Source of the DNA: Eledone cirrhosa
Taxonomy: Eukaryota
NCBI GenBank assembly: GCA_964016885.1
Contig: OZ024755.1
Location: 21,886,001 to 21,950,000, forward strand
Direction: 5' to 3'
Length of the DNA stretch: 64,000 bases
In this document: one piece after another, positions 13,490 to 25,404 of the stretch
Numbering within the stretch: position 1 is the stretch's first letter
Layout: every line of letters begins with the position of its first letter
Translations under genes and position numbers: made by a program
The notes under the pieces: model-generated
The model's database searches: none
Told to the model about the DNA's origin: nothing
What the model saw: the letters and a program-made list of their open reading frames with translations, nothing else

Positions 13490-13715
13490 GCAGACAGACC
13501 CGTCAAAGCTTATCACAGCAACGGTCTTCTAGTTATCCCCAGCAGCAACCCCCACAATCCTCACAACAGCAACAACAACAACAATCACACCAACAACCAG
13601 CAGCACAACAACCGCAACAACAGTATCATCGCCAACATCAATCTAGACAGCCCCAGCCTTTGTCACTTTATCATACATCACGTTTTCCATCATATCAAAA
13701 TAACACTACTTCAAG
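13490..13715 (+). CDS. NIPBL: NIPBL exon, Gln-rich linker (GRQTRQSLSQQRSSSYPQQQPP...)
   Basis: Pyrimidine tract + ctgtag, GTAAGT donor, open in the required phase 1 to 2; no homology support (low complexity). Confidence 0.8.
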
Positions 13716-13864
13716 GTAAGTTTATTAAAATCTTACATATTAATTTTTTTTGTTTGGATGTTTTATATGATTTTCTTTCATCAGAAAAGTATTGAACCTG
13801 TATAGCCAGATGTTCAATATGCATTCATGTATTGCAGTCTTTAATGTTTTAACTAAAAAATAAT

Positions 13865-14049
13865 TGTTTCTACTTTTGGCACAAGGCCAGCAAATCCCCA
13901 GTACATTACTGGTACTTTATTTTATCGACCCCGTAAAGATGAAAGGCAAAGTTAACCTCGGCGAGATTTGAACTCAGACTGGCAAGGGCCGTAACTATGC
14001 GTCAAAGCATGGCGTCCAACCCTCAACCGATACTGCCAATCCACCGCCC
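13865..14049 (-). mobile_element. Full-length young SINE (MetaSINE-like)
   Basis: 18-bp TSD TTTTAACTAAAAAATAAT (13847-13864 and 14050-14067). Confidence 0.9.
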
Positions 14050-14697
14050 TTTTAACTAAAAAATAATAAAAGTAAATACAAAAAAAAAAAAAAAAAATGA
14101 AGAACTTTCCGTGCTTTGGAATTAGTTTCTCTGTTTCATTAGTATTTATAAGATTGATGGAAAATATTTCAAAAGAAAGAGAAACTACACTATATTGTAG
14201 TTTAGGTTTGTAAAGACATCTATTCTATTTGTGCTATGTACAATATACCATATACAGTGTACCAGCAGTAATTTCCTTGAACCTAACTAATAATTGTTCA
14301 TGGAAACCACCGCATATTTACGGAATCGTAAATATCTTCCACAAATGGCTTTTTTCGTGGCAATATATATATATATTTTTAACGCTAAATTATTAATAAC
14401 AATATACTGTATTTTCCGGCCTATTGGATGCCCCTTTGCATAAGGCGCTCCCACATTTTTATTCATTTATTATATTTTACTTTATATTTTGACGTTTATA
14501 GGCATTTTTATGGACCACGTCCAATATTCGCGCAGTTTTTCACTCTTTGCGGGTGTTTTAGGAATGTAACCCCCGCGAATACTGTGGGACAACTGTATAC
14601 TTGTGGACTGTGGATATGTTACACTTTTTCCTATGTAAATATGACATGGAGACCAACGCAAGCAGTTTATCTACCGGACCCACAAAACCTCACCTCA

Positions 14698-14945
<248 letters not shown>

Positions 14946-15214
14946 AAACCCCAAGGCTCTATGGATGCCCTCTGCAATTCCCCCCAAGTAGTCCCAGTCC
15001 CCTCTCTGCTGCCATTCTGATCACCTTCCTTGGGACTCCTGTCCAAAATATATAGCACATTTTAAATGTATGTAAAATGGAGGTACAACTTATCTTCTGT
15101 TGTGTCTTTTACACAAGTATATACAGTAAATGTTTTGATGTGTTTCTTCAAAACTTTAAATGTTTTTTCATTTTTCTGGGTAAAATGCAAACTATAAGGA
15201 ATTCTAAATTATAT

Positions 15215-15430
15215 AAATATTAGAGAATTGGATTGACAATCATGAGTTTGTGAGTTCGATTCATCGACTAGTGATGCATTATGTACTTGGGCAAGACACT
15301 TTATTTTACATTGCTCTTTCTGCCAGGAGTTGTGACTGGTAGATAGTATCAGCAATGGAGAAACCAATGGAAACATTGTTTCCTTGGTCCAATTTGGTGA
15401 GCTCCACTCCACTCACTCCAGCAAATGTGA
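15215..15430 (+). mobile_element. CORE-like tRNA-derived SINE; antisense relative at about 55700-56010
   Basis: GAGTTCGATTC B-box, CTTGGGCAAGACACTT CORE-like motif; shared body GGAAACATTGTTTCCTTGGTC. Confidence 0.65.
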
Positions 15431-16037
15431 TCTAAAATCTTGTCAATTGATTCCTATATAAATATTAAACAAATGAAAGTAACACTTATAATAGTGTGTG
15501 TGTCTGTGTCCATCCATGTGTGTGCCTCTGTATCCATGCGTATCATAGTGTGTATGTGTGTCTCTGTATCTATGTGTCAGTGTATATGTGTGCCTCTGTA
15601 TCCATGTGGTCTCTGTACCTATGTGTCATAGTCTGTATGTATGTCTCTGTACTCATGTGTGTGCTGGCATGTATGCTTGTATGTATATATTCCTATGTGC
15701 GCAAAGACATATACATGTGTTGTGTAATATTCATTTTCACAATATTTATAAAACAATTTTAAAAAAATGTTTTAAATATAGAAATGTGTGCTGGTGCATT
15801 AAAATCATATCGCCTTCTATGCGATTATAAAAAAAAAAACATATAATTTTCTTGAAATTCTCTGTTTATTTCATTAGTTTGCATAAAATATTAAGATTTT
15901 AATGTTCTTCTGGCTAAATAAGAAAAAAAGAGAGAGAAATTCTGAAATTTTAATTTAAACACAACCTAAGAAAATATTGAGTATTGGGTGTGTGCCAGAT
16001 TTTCATTGTTGCTTTGGTTTTATCTTCACTTTTATAG

Positions 16038-16171
16038 ATGTCCACAGCAAAGTGGTCAACGGTTTCCTAACAGTCAATATCCTGTTCATGGTAACTTTTA
16101 CCCTACAACAAGATTCCAGCAACAGCAATATCAGCATTTTGCTCAAAGTCAACACCATGAACAATATGCAG
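16038..16171 (+). CDS. NIPBL: NIPBL exon, Gln-rich linker (CPQQSGQRFPNSQYPVHGNFY...)
   Basis: tttatag acceptor, GTAACA donor, phase 2 to 1 fits neighbours. Confidence 0.75.
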
Positions 16172-16317
16172 GTAACACAATGTTGGCAATACACTCAATG
16201 TCCAAACATCAATTATCCTAATTTTCAGCTTATCCAAGAACAAAGTCTCAACGTTGCATGAATATATGAATATTTAATTAGCCATACTGTGTGTAGCACA
16301 GACTCAAGAATAATAAT

Positions 16318-16500
16318 TGTTTCTACTTTAGGCACGAGGCCAGAAATTACTCAGTGCATTACTGGTACTTTATTTTATCGACCCCGTAAGGATGAAAGGC
16401 AAAGTCAACCTCGGCGGGATTTGAACTCAGATCGTAAAAGGACGTAACTATGCTGGAAAGCATGGCGTCCGACCCTCTACTGATACTGCCAATCCACTGC
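16318..16500 (-). mobile_element. Full-length young SINE (MetaSINE-like)
   Basis: 15-bp TSD CTCAAGAATAATAAT. Confidence 0.9.
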
Positions 16501-16605
16501 CTCAAGAATAATAATGATAATACTTGCTGCTACTATTTCATATTTGTTTACAATGATTAAAAGTGAATTTGAATTACTGAAGAACATTTGAAAAATATTA
16601 CATCA

Positions 16606-16745
16606 AATAATTGTTTCTACATTTGGCACAAGGCCAGCAATTATCTCAGTACATTACTGGTACTTTATTTTATCGACCTCGTAAGGATGAAAGGCAAAGT
16701 CAACCTCGGCAGGATTTGAACTCAGATCAGAAAGGGGTGTAACTC
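16606..16745 (-). mobile_element. Partial SINE, same family
   Basis: Near-identical tail and core to 16318-16500. Confidence 0.85.
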
Positions 16746-17639
16746 TCAGTGCCCCAGCATGGCCTCAGCCTGTCAACTGGAACACGTAATAGAGTAAACT
16801 AATGTTGCTGACACTCTGACACTAGTGTGATGATCACATCTTTTCTTTAACAGTTATCAAAATAAAAAAAATACTCCATGTTGGTTGGTCTGTGAGTTTG
16901 ATCTTGGCTGGCACTGCAAACAGTGTTGAAATAATTTTAATACTAAAAAAAAAAAAAGAAAAAGAAAAAGAAAAGACTTGATATGCTGAAGCAAAATCAG
17001 TGGTGTCGTTATTCACTCTATGATTTTGTTATGGATATGTATTTGTTTAAATTGAGTTTGTTCCTGTTCCCATGTGAAGAGAAAGTGGACACCATTGACA
17101 ATTGAAGAGAAAAGTGAAGTTTAACAGTATCTGGATTATGTTGACAAGACATCAAAGATTGTAGAAAAAGTTTATTTCAATTGAATGACATAAAATTGCT
17201 GTAAACATCTTTTTTCTCCTTTACATAATTGTGTTCACTATGACAATGTGTGAAGTTTAACTTTGCATTTTGTCCTTTGAGGGGTGGGGGTCATTAAAAT
17301 ATGGCAGTGGATTAACAGAATTATTAGGGTGTCAGATGAAATGCTTTCTGGTATTTGTTCTAACTCCTTGTGTTCTGAATTTGAATTCCACTGGAACCTA
17401 CTTGGGTGGTAGATACTATCTACTGGTCCTTGGTTGCTTTAAATAGAAGGCTCTCTGTTGTAAGTAGTCAAGATAGATCTAATAACCTGCTGCCATCTCC
17501 TGGTTCTTGGTTGCTTTAAATAGAGTCCCCTCTGTGGTGTGTAGTTTGAGGATATCTTCCTCCCTCTCTCCCATTAGTTGCAGATGTCTTAAAAGGAGTC
17601 ATGGGTACTGACCTACCCTTCCTGACTATCATCAACACC

Positions 17640-18500
17640 GTCATCATCATTACCATCATCATCTTCATCAACATCATCATTGCCATTTAATGTCTATTCT
17701 TCCATGGTTGCATGGGTTGGAGGGGCTGTCATGTCATGAGAGCAGTCAGGCCTGGAGATCACGTCATACTCATCTGGATCTGTATTTTGGTTTGGTTTCT
17801 ATGGCTGGATGTTCTTCCTAATGCCAAAAATGTTAGTGTGGACTGGATGTTTTTTATAGTGGCACCTAAATAACTAGGGTGGACTAGGTGGTGTTTGTTG
17901 TGTCACCAGCATGACCATCTAATGAGATAGACTGTGTACTTTTTTTTATGTCACAATCACTTTACAGGGTACTCTGGGGGCTTTTTTTTTTTGCCATATC
18001 ACCAATATGACCACTGTACAGGGTGGACTGGGAGTCTCTTGTGTCAATAGCACATCCATCTTTGGACTTAAAGCTTTTTTTTTATTTGTTTTATTGTGGA
18101 TGGAGCATTGTGGGAGATCAGATGTGGAACATGTTTCATCCTGTGCATATGAGAAGGCAGGTCTTCTGCAGTACAGCATAACCCCAGAGATCTTGATCCT
18201 GTATCATCTCCTTTGAAAGGTTTAGATGTACAAGGGCAACGTTTATCACTTCATCCCAAGCATTGAAGAGGACACCATTCTGTATTACTTGGCTTACGAC
18301 ATAGGTGATTAATGTGTGACGCACCAGGCCATATACTTTCAGTATCTCAGCAACTATTCCCGATGGTTCAGCAGCTTTGTCTGTCTTCATATCAATAATT
18401 GCCTTAGTACACTGCTACTGACTTGTACAGCTAGATCCTCTCATGAATTCTTCTCATTTAGCAGTCTTTCATTCTGGCACTTCCTTGCTACTTTCTTTTT
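17640..18500 (-). mobile_element. Decayed RTE LINE, 3' UTR plus internally deleted ORF
   Basis: MKTDKAAEPSGIVAEILK fused directly to the C-terminal WDEVI...DLWGYAVLQKT; CAT-rich tail. Confidence 0.8.
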
Positions 18501-19033
18501 AGCATCGAAGGCAGTTGGCCAGGTTAAAGGTTTAAAAATGTGAAAATTAGCAAAATCTACCATGCTGATGTTAGCATGGAAACATTATCTACAGAACAAT
18601 TCAAATGATCTTTCTTACTTTTACTGTTATTCCTGTTGTTATTGTTGTTGTTTAGCTCTAGGTCAGCTCTCATTGAGCAGATATTTTGAGACATTTAAAG
18701 ACATTTAAGCCATGATCACCCCATTTTGACTATTATATCCAATCTATCCTTATAATGGTGGTGTCTGATTTAAATGGAATTGGCTGCTATTTCTAAACAA
18801 CAACATAATTCATTGGCTTGTCTTATTTCTTTGATTTCCATGTGGTTTCTTTAGATTATAAACTTAACTTTTATTCTAAAGAGTTTTACATTTACTTTTA
18901 AATGATAACTACACATGACTTTTGGTAAAAATAATTCAATTTTAAGTGACTTTTGGAATAAATAATTATATTGTAAGTGACTTTTGGTAAAAATAATTCT
19001 GTTTTAAATGACTATCTTGAATCTATTTTTCAG

Positions 19034-19173
19034 GATCGCCTGCTCAAGCTGCCGTGGCTGAACCCTTGATAAATATTGATATTTCCCCTATGCCTGAATC
19101 AGCTGGATCAGCATATTCTAGCAGGCGCCGTTCATGTACTTCCAGTAAACCGCAAACTTTAAGCTGTTCTGAA
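19034..19173 (+). CDS. NIPBL: NIPBL exon, linker (SPAQAAVAEPLINIDISPMPES...)
   Basis: tttttcag acceptor, GTAAGT donor, phase 1 to 0. Confidence 0.8.
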
Positions 19174-21221
19174 GTAAGTTTATTTTTTTATGTGGCAATT
19201 TTTAAACTATGAAATTCAATTTTTTAAGATGGGTTTTATCTTGTGGTTACAGCTCACACTAGAGCTCACACTAGATATGATTTAGTTGATCTAGGTTACT
19301 GATTGTAGGAAATTTTTTGGATGTTGTAATGATAGGAGCCCTAGTCATATCTTAGTTGTTCTACCTTGTTGCTTAAATGCTTGATTAAAAATGATAAGCT
19401 GGTTGGAACTTGTCCTCTAAATATGTACTCCATTTCATAAATCTCTATTTGATATGAGCTTATATAATATGATAAATGCAACAGAAATTTAGCAATAACA
19501 TTCTCGGCATTAGATAAAGTTTGAAATAGTTTGTCTCATTTTCATTTCCTTAGTTTTCATTATCATTATTACGCCCCCCCCCCCCCCCCCCTCAATCACC
19601 CACATTACTACCACCACCACTATCTTCATCTTCATTATTACTCCCACCACACCTCCACCACCATCACCACATGTTCTATGTCTGTTTTTTGTTGCTTGCT
19701 GGAAAATTGAATGAATTAACATGAACTGACCTAAACCCATGTAACCCTGTCAAACCCTGTGCTAGTTATTTTCTCACATTTTGATGTTTTGAGCTCAACT
19801 GTTTTACTTGACATTTAATTGTTTTGAAAACATAATGTACTTCCTACTGTCAGTACTTCTTGAAGCAAGTTTCAAGAAGAATGAATTAATAGATCTATGA
19901 TAATTTTGAGAAATATATTGAACAATAACAAAACAACCATCACAACATAACTTCTTGTATTTTCTTTATAACTATGAACAAAAGAATCAGAACCATCATT
20001 GCTGACAAAGATAGGGAGATATAGTAAAATTGTATAAGGGGAAAGAGAGTAACACAGTAAATGAATAGTTTCAAGATGGTAGCAAATGTTAGGTTGTTGG
20101 AAAATGACCAAAGTTAGAATAATTGGAGTGGTAGAATATTCTCGATCAATTCAGGCTATCTTGGCATTGAAAAGTACATTTTTGAAATATTTATACTTGA
20201 ATCTTTCATTGAAAAACTCAAATTATCTTATCTTTCTTTTTAAATGAACTGTCTTAATCCTTTTATGGCTGTATCTTTAATGAACTACACTCTATTTCAA
20301 TTAATTAATGAAGAATTTTGATGGATTTACTAAAATTATTAAATAGAATAATTCGATTATTAAATATTAATATGACACCTGTTGTTTTTCTAGGTTTTAG
20401 TAGTTTTATTTAATATATTGAGTTCAATTTCAAATCGGAAAATGCTATGTTAGTAACTTAACATATGGTTCTTATATAAAGTTATGCTGAAGATTTTAAT
20501 TCAAATAGGGGCCGTTTAAAATGTGTGGATTTGTTTCATATAACCAGACTTAGTTTTTGCCATTGTCACCATGACATCTCTCCAAGCAGGTATAGATTGA
20601 ACAGGACTTTTTAATGCAGTGTTTTACAGCTAGATGTCTTTCCACAAGCCAACACTTTTAGTCCCCTCTAACGAAATGCAGGGATATGATGTTCCACAAT
20701 ATACCGCCAAGTGGAACTCACTCTCCTCAAGGCCTCTCCCCCCATGACTCATTGTTTGTTCTCCCATAGCACTGGTGCTGCAACAATAAGCTCTTAGTTT
20801 ATCCTGTATGGTGGTATTGCTGATACCACAATCAAAAGCACCCAAGTCCACTCTGCAAGGTGGTTGTGTTGGTACAAGGAAAAACAAAATTACCCAGTTG
20901 ACCCTTTAAAGTGGGTGGCATTAAGAAGGACATCCAGCCATAGAAAACCAAACCAAAATCAGATTTTATGAGCAAGATGTGGTTACCTAATCTGCCTGGC
21001 TTCAGAACATGACAACCCATCTAACCTATGCAAGTATGGAGAATAAACATTATTTTGTTGATGATGATATTCTACAAGTTAGGATACGCATCTCATAAAT
21101 AATAGTATATTGTAGTCTGCAGAAATATAGATTTAAATTACACAGAGTCACTTTAATTCTGTTTATTTAGACTACTTCATAGTGCAATATATGTATATAG
21201 GATTTTAACTTTCTTCCACAG

Positions 21222-21299
21222 TCAACTGAAAGGAAAAATCCTGCTACTTTGAACAAAGATATGGAATTATCAAATCGGAAAGAAGGAGATAGAAAATGT
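21222..21299 (+). CDS. NIPBL: NIPBL exon, linker (STERKNPATLNKDMELSNRKEGDRKC)
   Basis: ttcttccacag acceptor, GTAAGT donor, phase 0 to 0. Confidence 0.75.
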
Positions 21300-21937
21300 G
21301 TAAGTGTTTATCTTCAACATAAACAGAAAATAAATTTTAATATATCTCATGTTGTTTCACATTGCATAATTGGCTTTTTTATGTTTCATAATATTTATAT
21401 ATCCCTTTTATTACCATATTTCTATTGAAAGACATTGTCTATTATTTTCAAGTAACTTTTGAAAATAATCAAGAATTTAGACAGATTTAGTAATTTAACT
21501 AACTTTATAATTATTAAGTTGGTGTTTGGAACATAACAAAGGTTCTTATATAAAATTATGATGGAAGGTTTTTATATAAATATAAACATTTCTAAAATAA
21601 AGAACTTTGAATTGAAAAGCCCAATGTGGTTCCAGACGAGTTGTTATCAAAACCATATTTATATGTCCCATAATGTAGTAATGATATTCTATCTAAAGAA
21701 ATTTGAGAAGCAGATTTCTATATAGTAGACATACACACACGCACGTGTACACATAACAAGGCCTATTGATCCAACAAGAGTGCTTCTACATGGTTGCTTG
21801 ATCTGCCAGAAGTAGTAACCAGATTCCTTGAAATACACATTAGTGTCTCAAACAGCTCCATTATGTAATGATTTTTAACCTGACAGTTTTGAGCGTTATA
21901 TTCATGAAAAACAAAAAAACAATAGAAAAAACAAATT

Positions 21938-22216
21938 ACACCTTCAAAATGAAACCAGTGTAATATTCACCTCCAAAGTAAAACTTGTGTAATATTCTCT
22001 TCCATAGTGAAACTGGTGTAGTCACCTCAAAAGTAAAACTGGTGTAATATTCTCTTCCTTAGTGAGACAGGTGTAATATTCACCTTCAAAGTGAAACCAG
22101 GTATAATATTCACTTCCAAAGTGAAACCAGGTATAATATTCACTTCCAAAGTGAAACCAGGTATAATATTCAGCTCCAAAGTAAAACTGGTATAATATTC
22201 ACCTCCAAAGTGAAAA
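21938..22216. repeat. 30-bp minisatellite, about 9 units
   Basis: Unit AATATTCACTTCCAAAGTGAAACCAGGTAT. Confidence 0.92.
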
Positions 22217-22694
22217 CATCTGAGCACCTCATTTACATAGAATTTGAAGTTGGTGAAAATCAGCAAATATTGACCTTGAATATAAGCCATTTTATTGTTG
22301 ATTTTATTTTTGCCACATATTTCTTGACTTATCTACAAGAACATATGGAATTTTCTTCATTTTGAAAATCATCAAAAATATATTGTTTGTGTGTATGTGT
22401 GTATCTGAATGAAATGAAATATTTTTCTTACCGTGGAAAGTTTTTTTGAAAATATCTTGTATAATACTTGATAATTGTGCCATCTGCTCTTTTCATTTAA
22501 TCCTGTGATGCCTTCCATATTGATCAGTGTTAAACTTTTATTATAACTTACTCTCACTTTTATTTTAATTTTCCTACTTTCACCCCTTTTCTCTGGTGTT
22601 TAACAGTCTCCTCCTGCCACAGATTCTATGTTAATGTGACAGCAAATAAAAACATATTGCAAATGATTATATATGAGTTTCAATTTATTCACAG

Positions 22695-23132
22695 GTGGAA
22701 GTAATAACTAGAAGAGGGAGGCCACCTCAGATAACACCACAGCCTCAATTTCAACCTCAGCAACTGAGCCAGCAGCAAAAATTGCCCCAGCAACGACAAC
22801 ACCACCACCAGCAGCAACCACAACACCACCACCACCAACAACAACAGCAACATCATCAACACCATCAACATCATCAGCAACAGCAGCTGCTGTTTCAACA
22901 ACAATTTGAACAACTTCAGCAACAGCAACAACATCAAAGGCAACGGCGTGTGCCGCAACAGACCTTACCAATACTTCCACAACAGCCACCATTACCACAT
23001 CATAAAAGACATCTACAACCACCACCACCCATTGAAAATGACTCTGAAGATATTGCTTTTGATAAAGCTGTGGAACTTTTGGTTGCAAGAAATTCTTGGC
23101 CTATTGTTGTTTTAGAACCACTTGATCCAGAG
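22695..23132 (+). CDS. NIPBL: NIPBL exon, polyQ/H linker with PxVxL motif (WPIVVLEPLDPE)
   Basis: ttcacag acceptor, GTATGT donor, 438 nt open, phase 0 to 0. Confidence 0.85.
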
Positions 23133-24055
23133 GTATGTCTAGTCATTTCATAGTATTTTAGATCATTTTTGTAAGGGTCCACTTTTGATTGTTTTGACTG
23201 AGTGGAACCAGCACTACCATCTTACAGAGTGGACTGAGTTCCTATATGTAATCGAAGAAGTAATGTATCATTTGTTGTTGGTATAGGAATATCTTCAGGT
23301 GAAAATCCGATTATGGGATATGTTGCAGCAAAAAAACGTCTTCTTGTGTGCCCGGCAAGCATATACATTACATCTTGGATTGCATAAGGGAACCATTGAA
23401 ATACCATTTATGTAATATCAGCATCTTTTTTAATGTTAAAAAAGTTTATTCACTTAGAATTGTTTCTGGTGACAAGGTCCATAGAGTGGGATTTCAAAAT
23501 CAAATGGCAGGAATTTGACCATTAATCAAAAGTTGCCCAAACATACTTCAGAATAAACAAACATAATTTAATAAGAATATCACTTAAAATAATCAAGTAT
23601 TTTAGAATAACACTTTTAACAAATGATATAAATGATTAGGATTGCATGAATAATCATTGAACAATATGCTGTATCTTACAGCTGGCATTTAAATCTTATA
23701 TATCTATCTCTACTCTCATTTGAGATTTGAATATCTTCAACTTTTGATATATATATATATTCAATTATTCCATTTCTTGCATCAAGATATTTCAACATGG
23801 AAATTCATCTTTTGTATGTGTATATATAGCTATTTATACAAGTTTTTCTTTTCCTGAAGTGTGTATAGATTTTTTTTTGGTGGACTCTATATATAAATAT
23901 ACATATACATTCACACACATATACATACACTTTCCCAAGGTATTTTAACATTTCTTTTATTATCAAATTAATTGTTCTGTTAACTATTTCACTTTGTTAT
24001 GTGAATAGTTAATAACTGTAATAATCCTGCATAAATTCATTTTTTCTCTTTGTAG

Positions 24056-24086
24056 ACGTTGCAATCAATTGCCACTGGGGGAAGAA
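24056..24086 (+). CDS. NIPBL: NIPBL microexon, 31 nt (TLQSIATGGR)
   Basis: Long T tract + tgtag, GTAAGT donor; provides the phase 0 to 1 shift required to join downstream exons. Confidence 0.75.
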
Positions 24087-24680
24087 GTAAGTTATATATA
24101 TATATATATATATGTTTGTATGTCTCTTGTCTCTTCACTCTATATTGGGGAAATCATTAAGACTCCCCCTCCAAAAAAACAGGTAATGTTCTATTTTCAT
24201 TCCACCTTTTCATTTCCTGAAATGTGTTGGTGCAGGTTTTAAAAATAATGAAAATATATACCATGAAATATTTGCATATGAACATTCCGAAATAATAGAT
24301 CTTATTTCAGATTCCATTTACTGCTTTTTAGGTCTTCCCTAAGCAATATATGTCTTTGTGTGAGTGTATATGTTTTAGTGAAATGACTTTGATCAACGAA
24401 TGCTATTGCTTATAGTCTATATGTTGATGGTGGCTATCAATTAGATCATTAGTGAATTAAATTTAAGTTGTTAGAAGTCAATGAGACAGGATCTGTTTCT
24501 CTCAATCTTTGGTTATTGTCCTACCTCACTCCCACCTTCCACCATTCTTTATTATATTTCAATATTAAGAATTCCTCCTATAGACCACACAAATAAAAAA
24601 AACCATAAATTACTGGCTTTTCATTTTATTTTATTTTACCCTTTTATTGTTTTTTTTTCTTATTATTTCCTTCCATACAG

Positions 24681-24719
24681 TTAAGGCCGACTGTGATATT
24701 AAGAGCAGGCAGTTAACTG
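24681..24719 (+). CDS. NIPBL: NIPBL candidate symmetric microexon, 39 nt (IKADCDIKSRQLT)
   Basis: Strong pyrimidine tract + atacag, GTAGGT donor, phase 1 to 1. Confidence 0.55.
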
Positions 24720-24918
24720 GTAGGTATTTGAATACAAAATATATTTTTTTGGTTCTAATATATATTTTTTTAGAATAATCTAGAGGGATAGACAAAATTT
24801 GAAAGCCAGTATTGTTTATCTCCTTTTATATATTTTATATATGCTTATTTTTATTTTTAGGTAATTTCAAAATATCTTATATATATATGTATCCGTATTG
24901 TGGGGAAAGGAGTAGTCA

Positions 24919-24968
24919 TCTTATCTGATGACCCTGTGATAAACAGGCAAAACTCCAGAGTAATAAGA
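24919..24968 (+). ncRNA. Minimal type I hammerhead ribozyme-like motif, decayed (GAAA to AAAA)
   Basis: TCTTAT-CTGATGA-C-CCTGT gataa ACAGG-C-AAAA-CTC ca GAG-TA-ATAAGA. Confidence 0.6.
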
Positions 24969-24998
24969 CTCACTTTTTAGCCTTAGTATGAATATATA

Positions 24999-25370
24999 TG
25001 TTGGTGCCACAACATCCAGGCCGAAACAAATGAGATCGTGTAGACACAGTCCACGCTGTAATGTGGTCGTGTAGGCAACACGGTAAAAACCTCCCAGCCC
25101 CACACTGTAAATGTGGTTGGTGTTAGGAAGGGCATCCAGCTGTAGAAAACCTGCCAGACAGTCCACGCTGTAATGTGGCCGTGTAGGCAACACGGTAAAA
25201 ACCTCCCAGCCCCACACTGTAAATGTGGTTGGTGTTAGGAAGGGCATCCAGCTGTAGAAAACCCACCAGATAGTCCTATGCGAGCAAGACAAACACTCTT
25301 GCCTCAAGTGGGAAAACCCCCGTCCAAACCCATGCAAGCGTGGAACACGGACGTTAAACGTTGATGATGA

Positions 25371-25374
<4 letters not shown>
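24999..25374 (+). mobile_element. Young 3'-UTR-only copy of the intact RTE LINE with 112-bp internal duplication
   Basis: Near-identical to about 50555-50843; ends in (GAT)n running into (TA)n. Confidence 0.9.

Positions 25375-25404
<30 letters not shown>

Noticed and set aside
21938-22216. Regular 29-30-bp repeats here and at 63545-64000 resembling CRISPR arrays
   Set aside because: Head-to-tail units with no unique spacers, eukaryotic intron, no cas genes.
22027-22290. Minus-strand ORF with repeated FTLEVNIIPG
   Set aside because: By-product of the 30-bp minisatellite; no splice or homology support.
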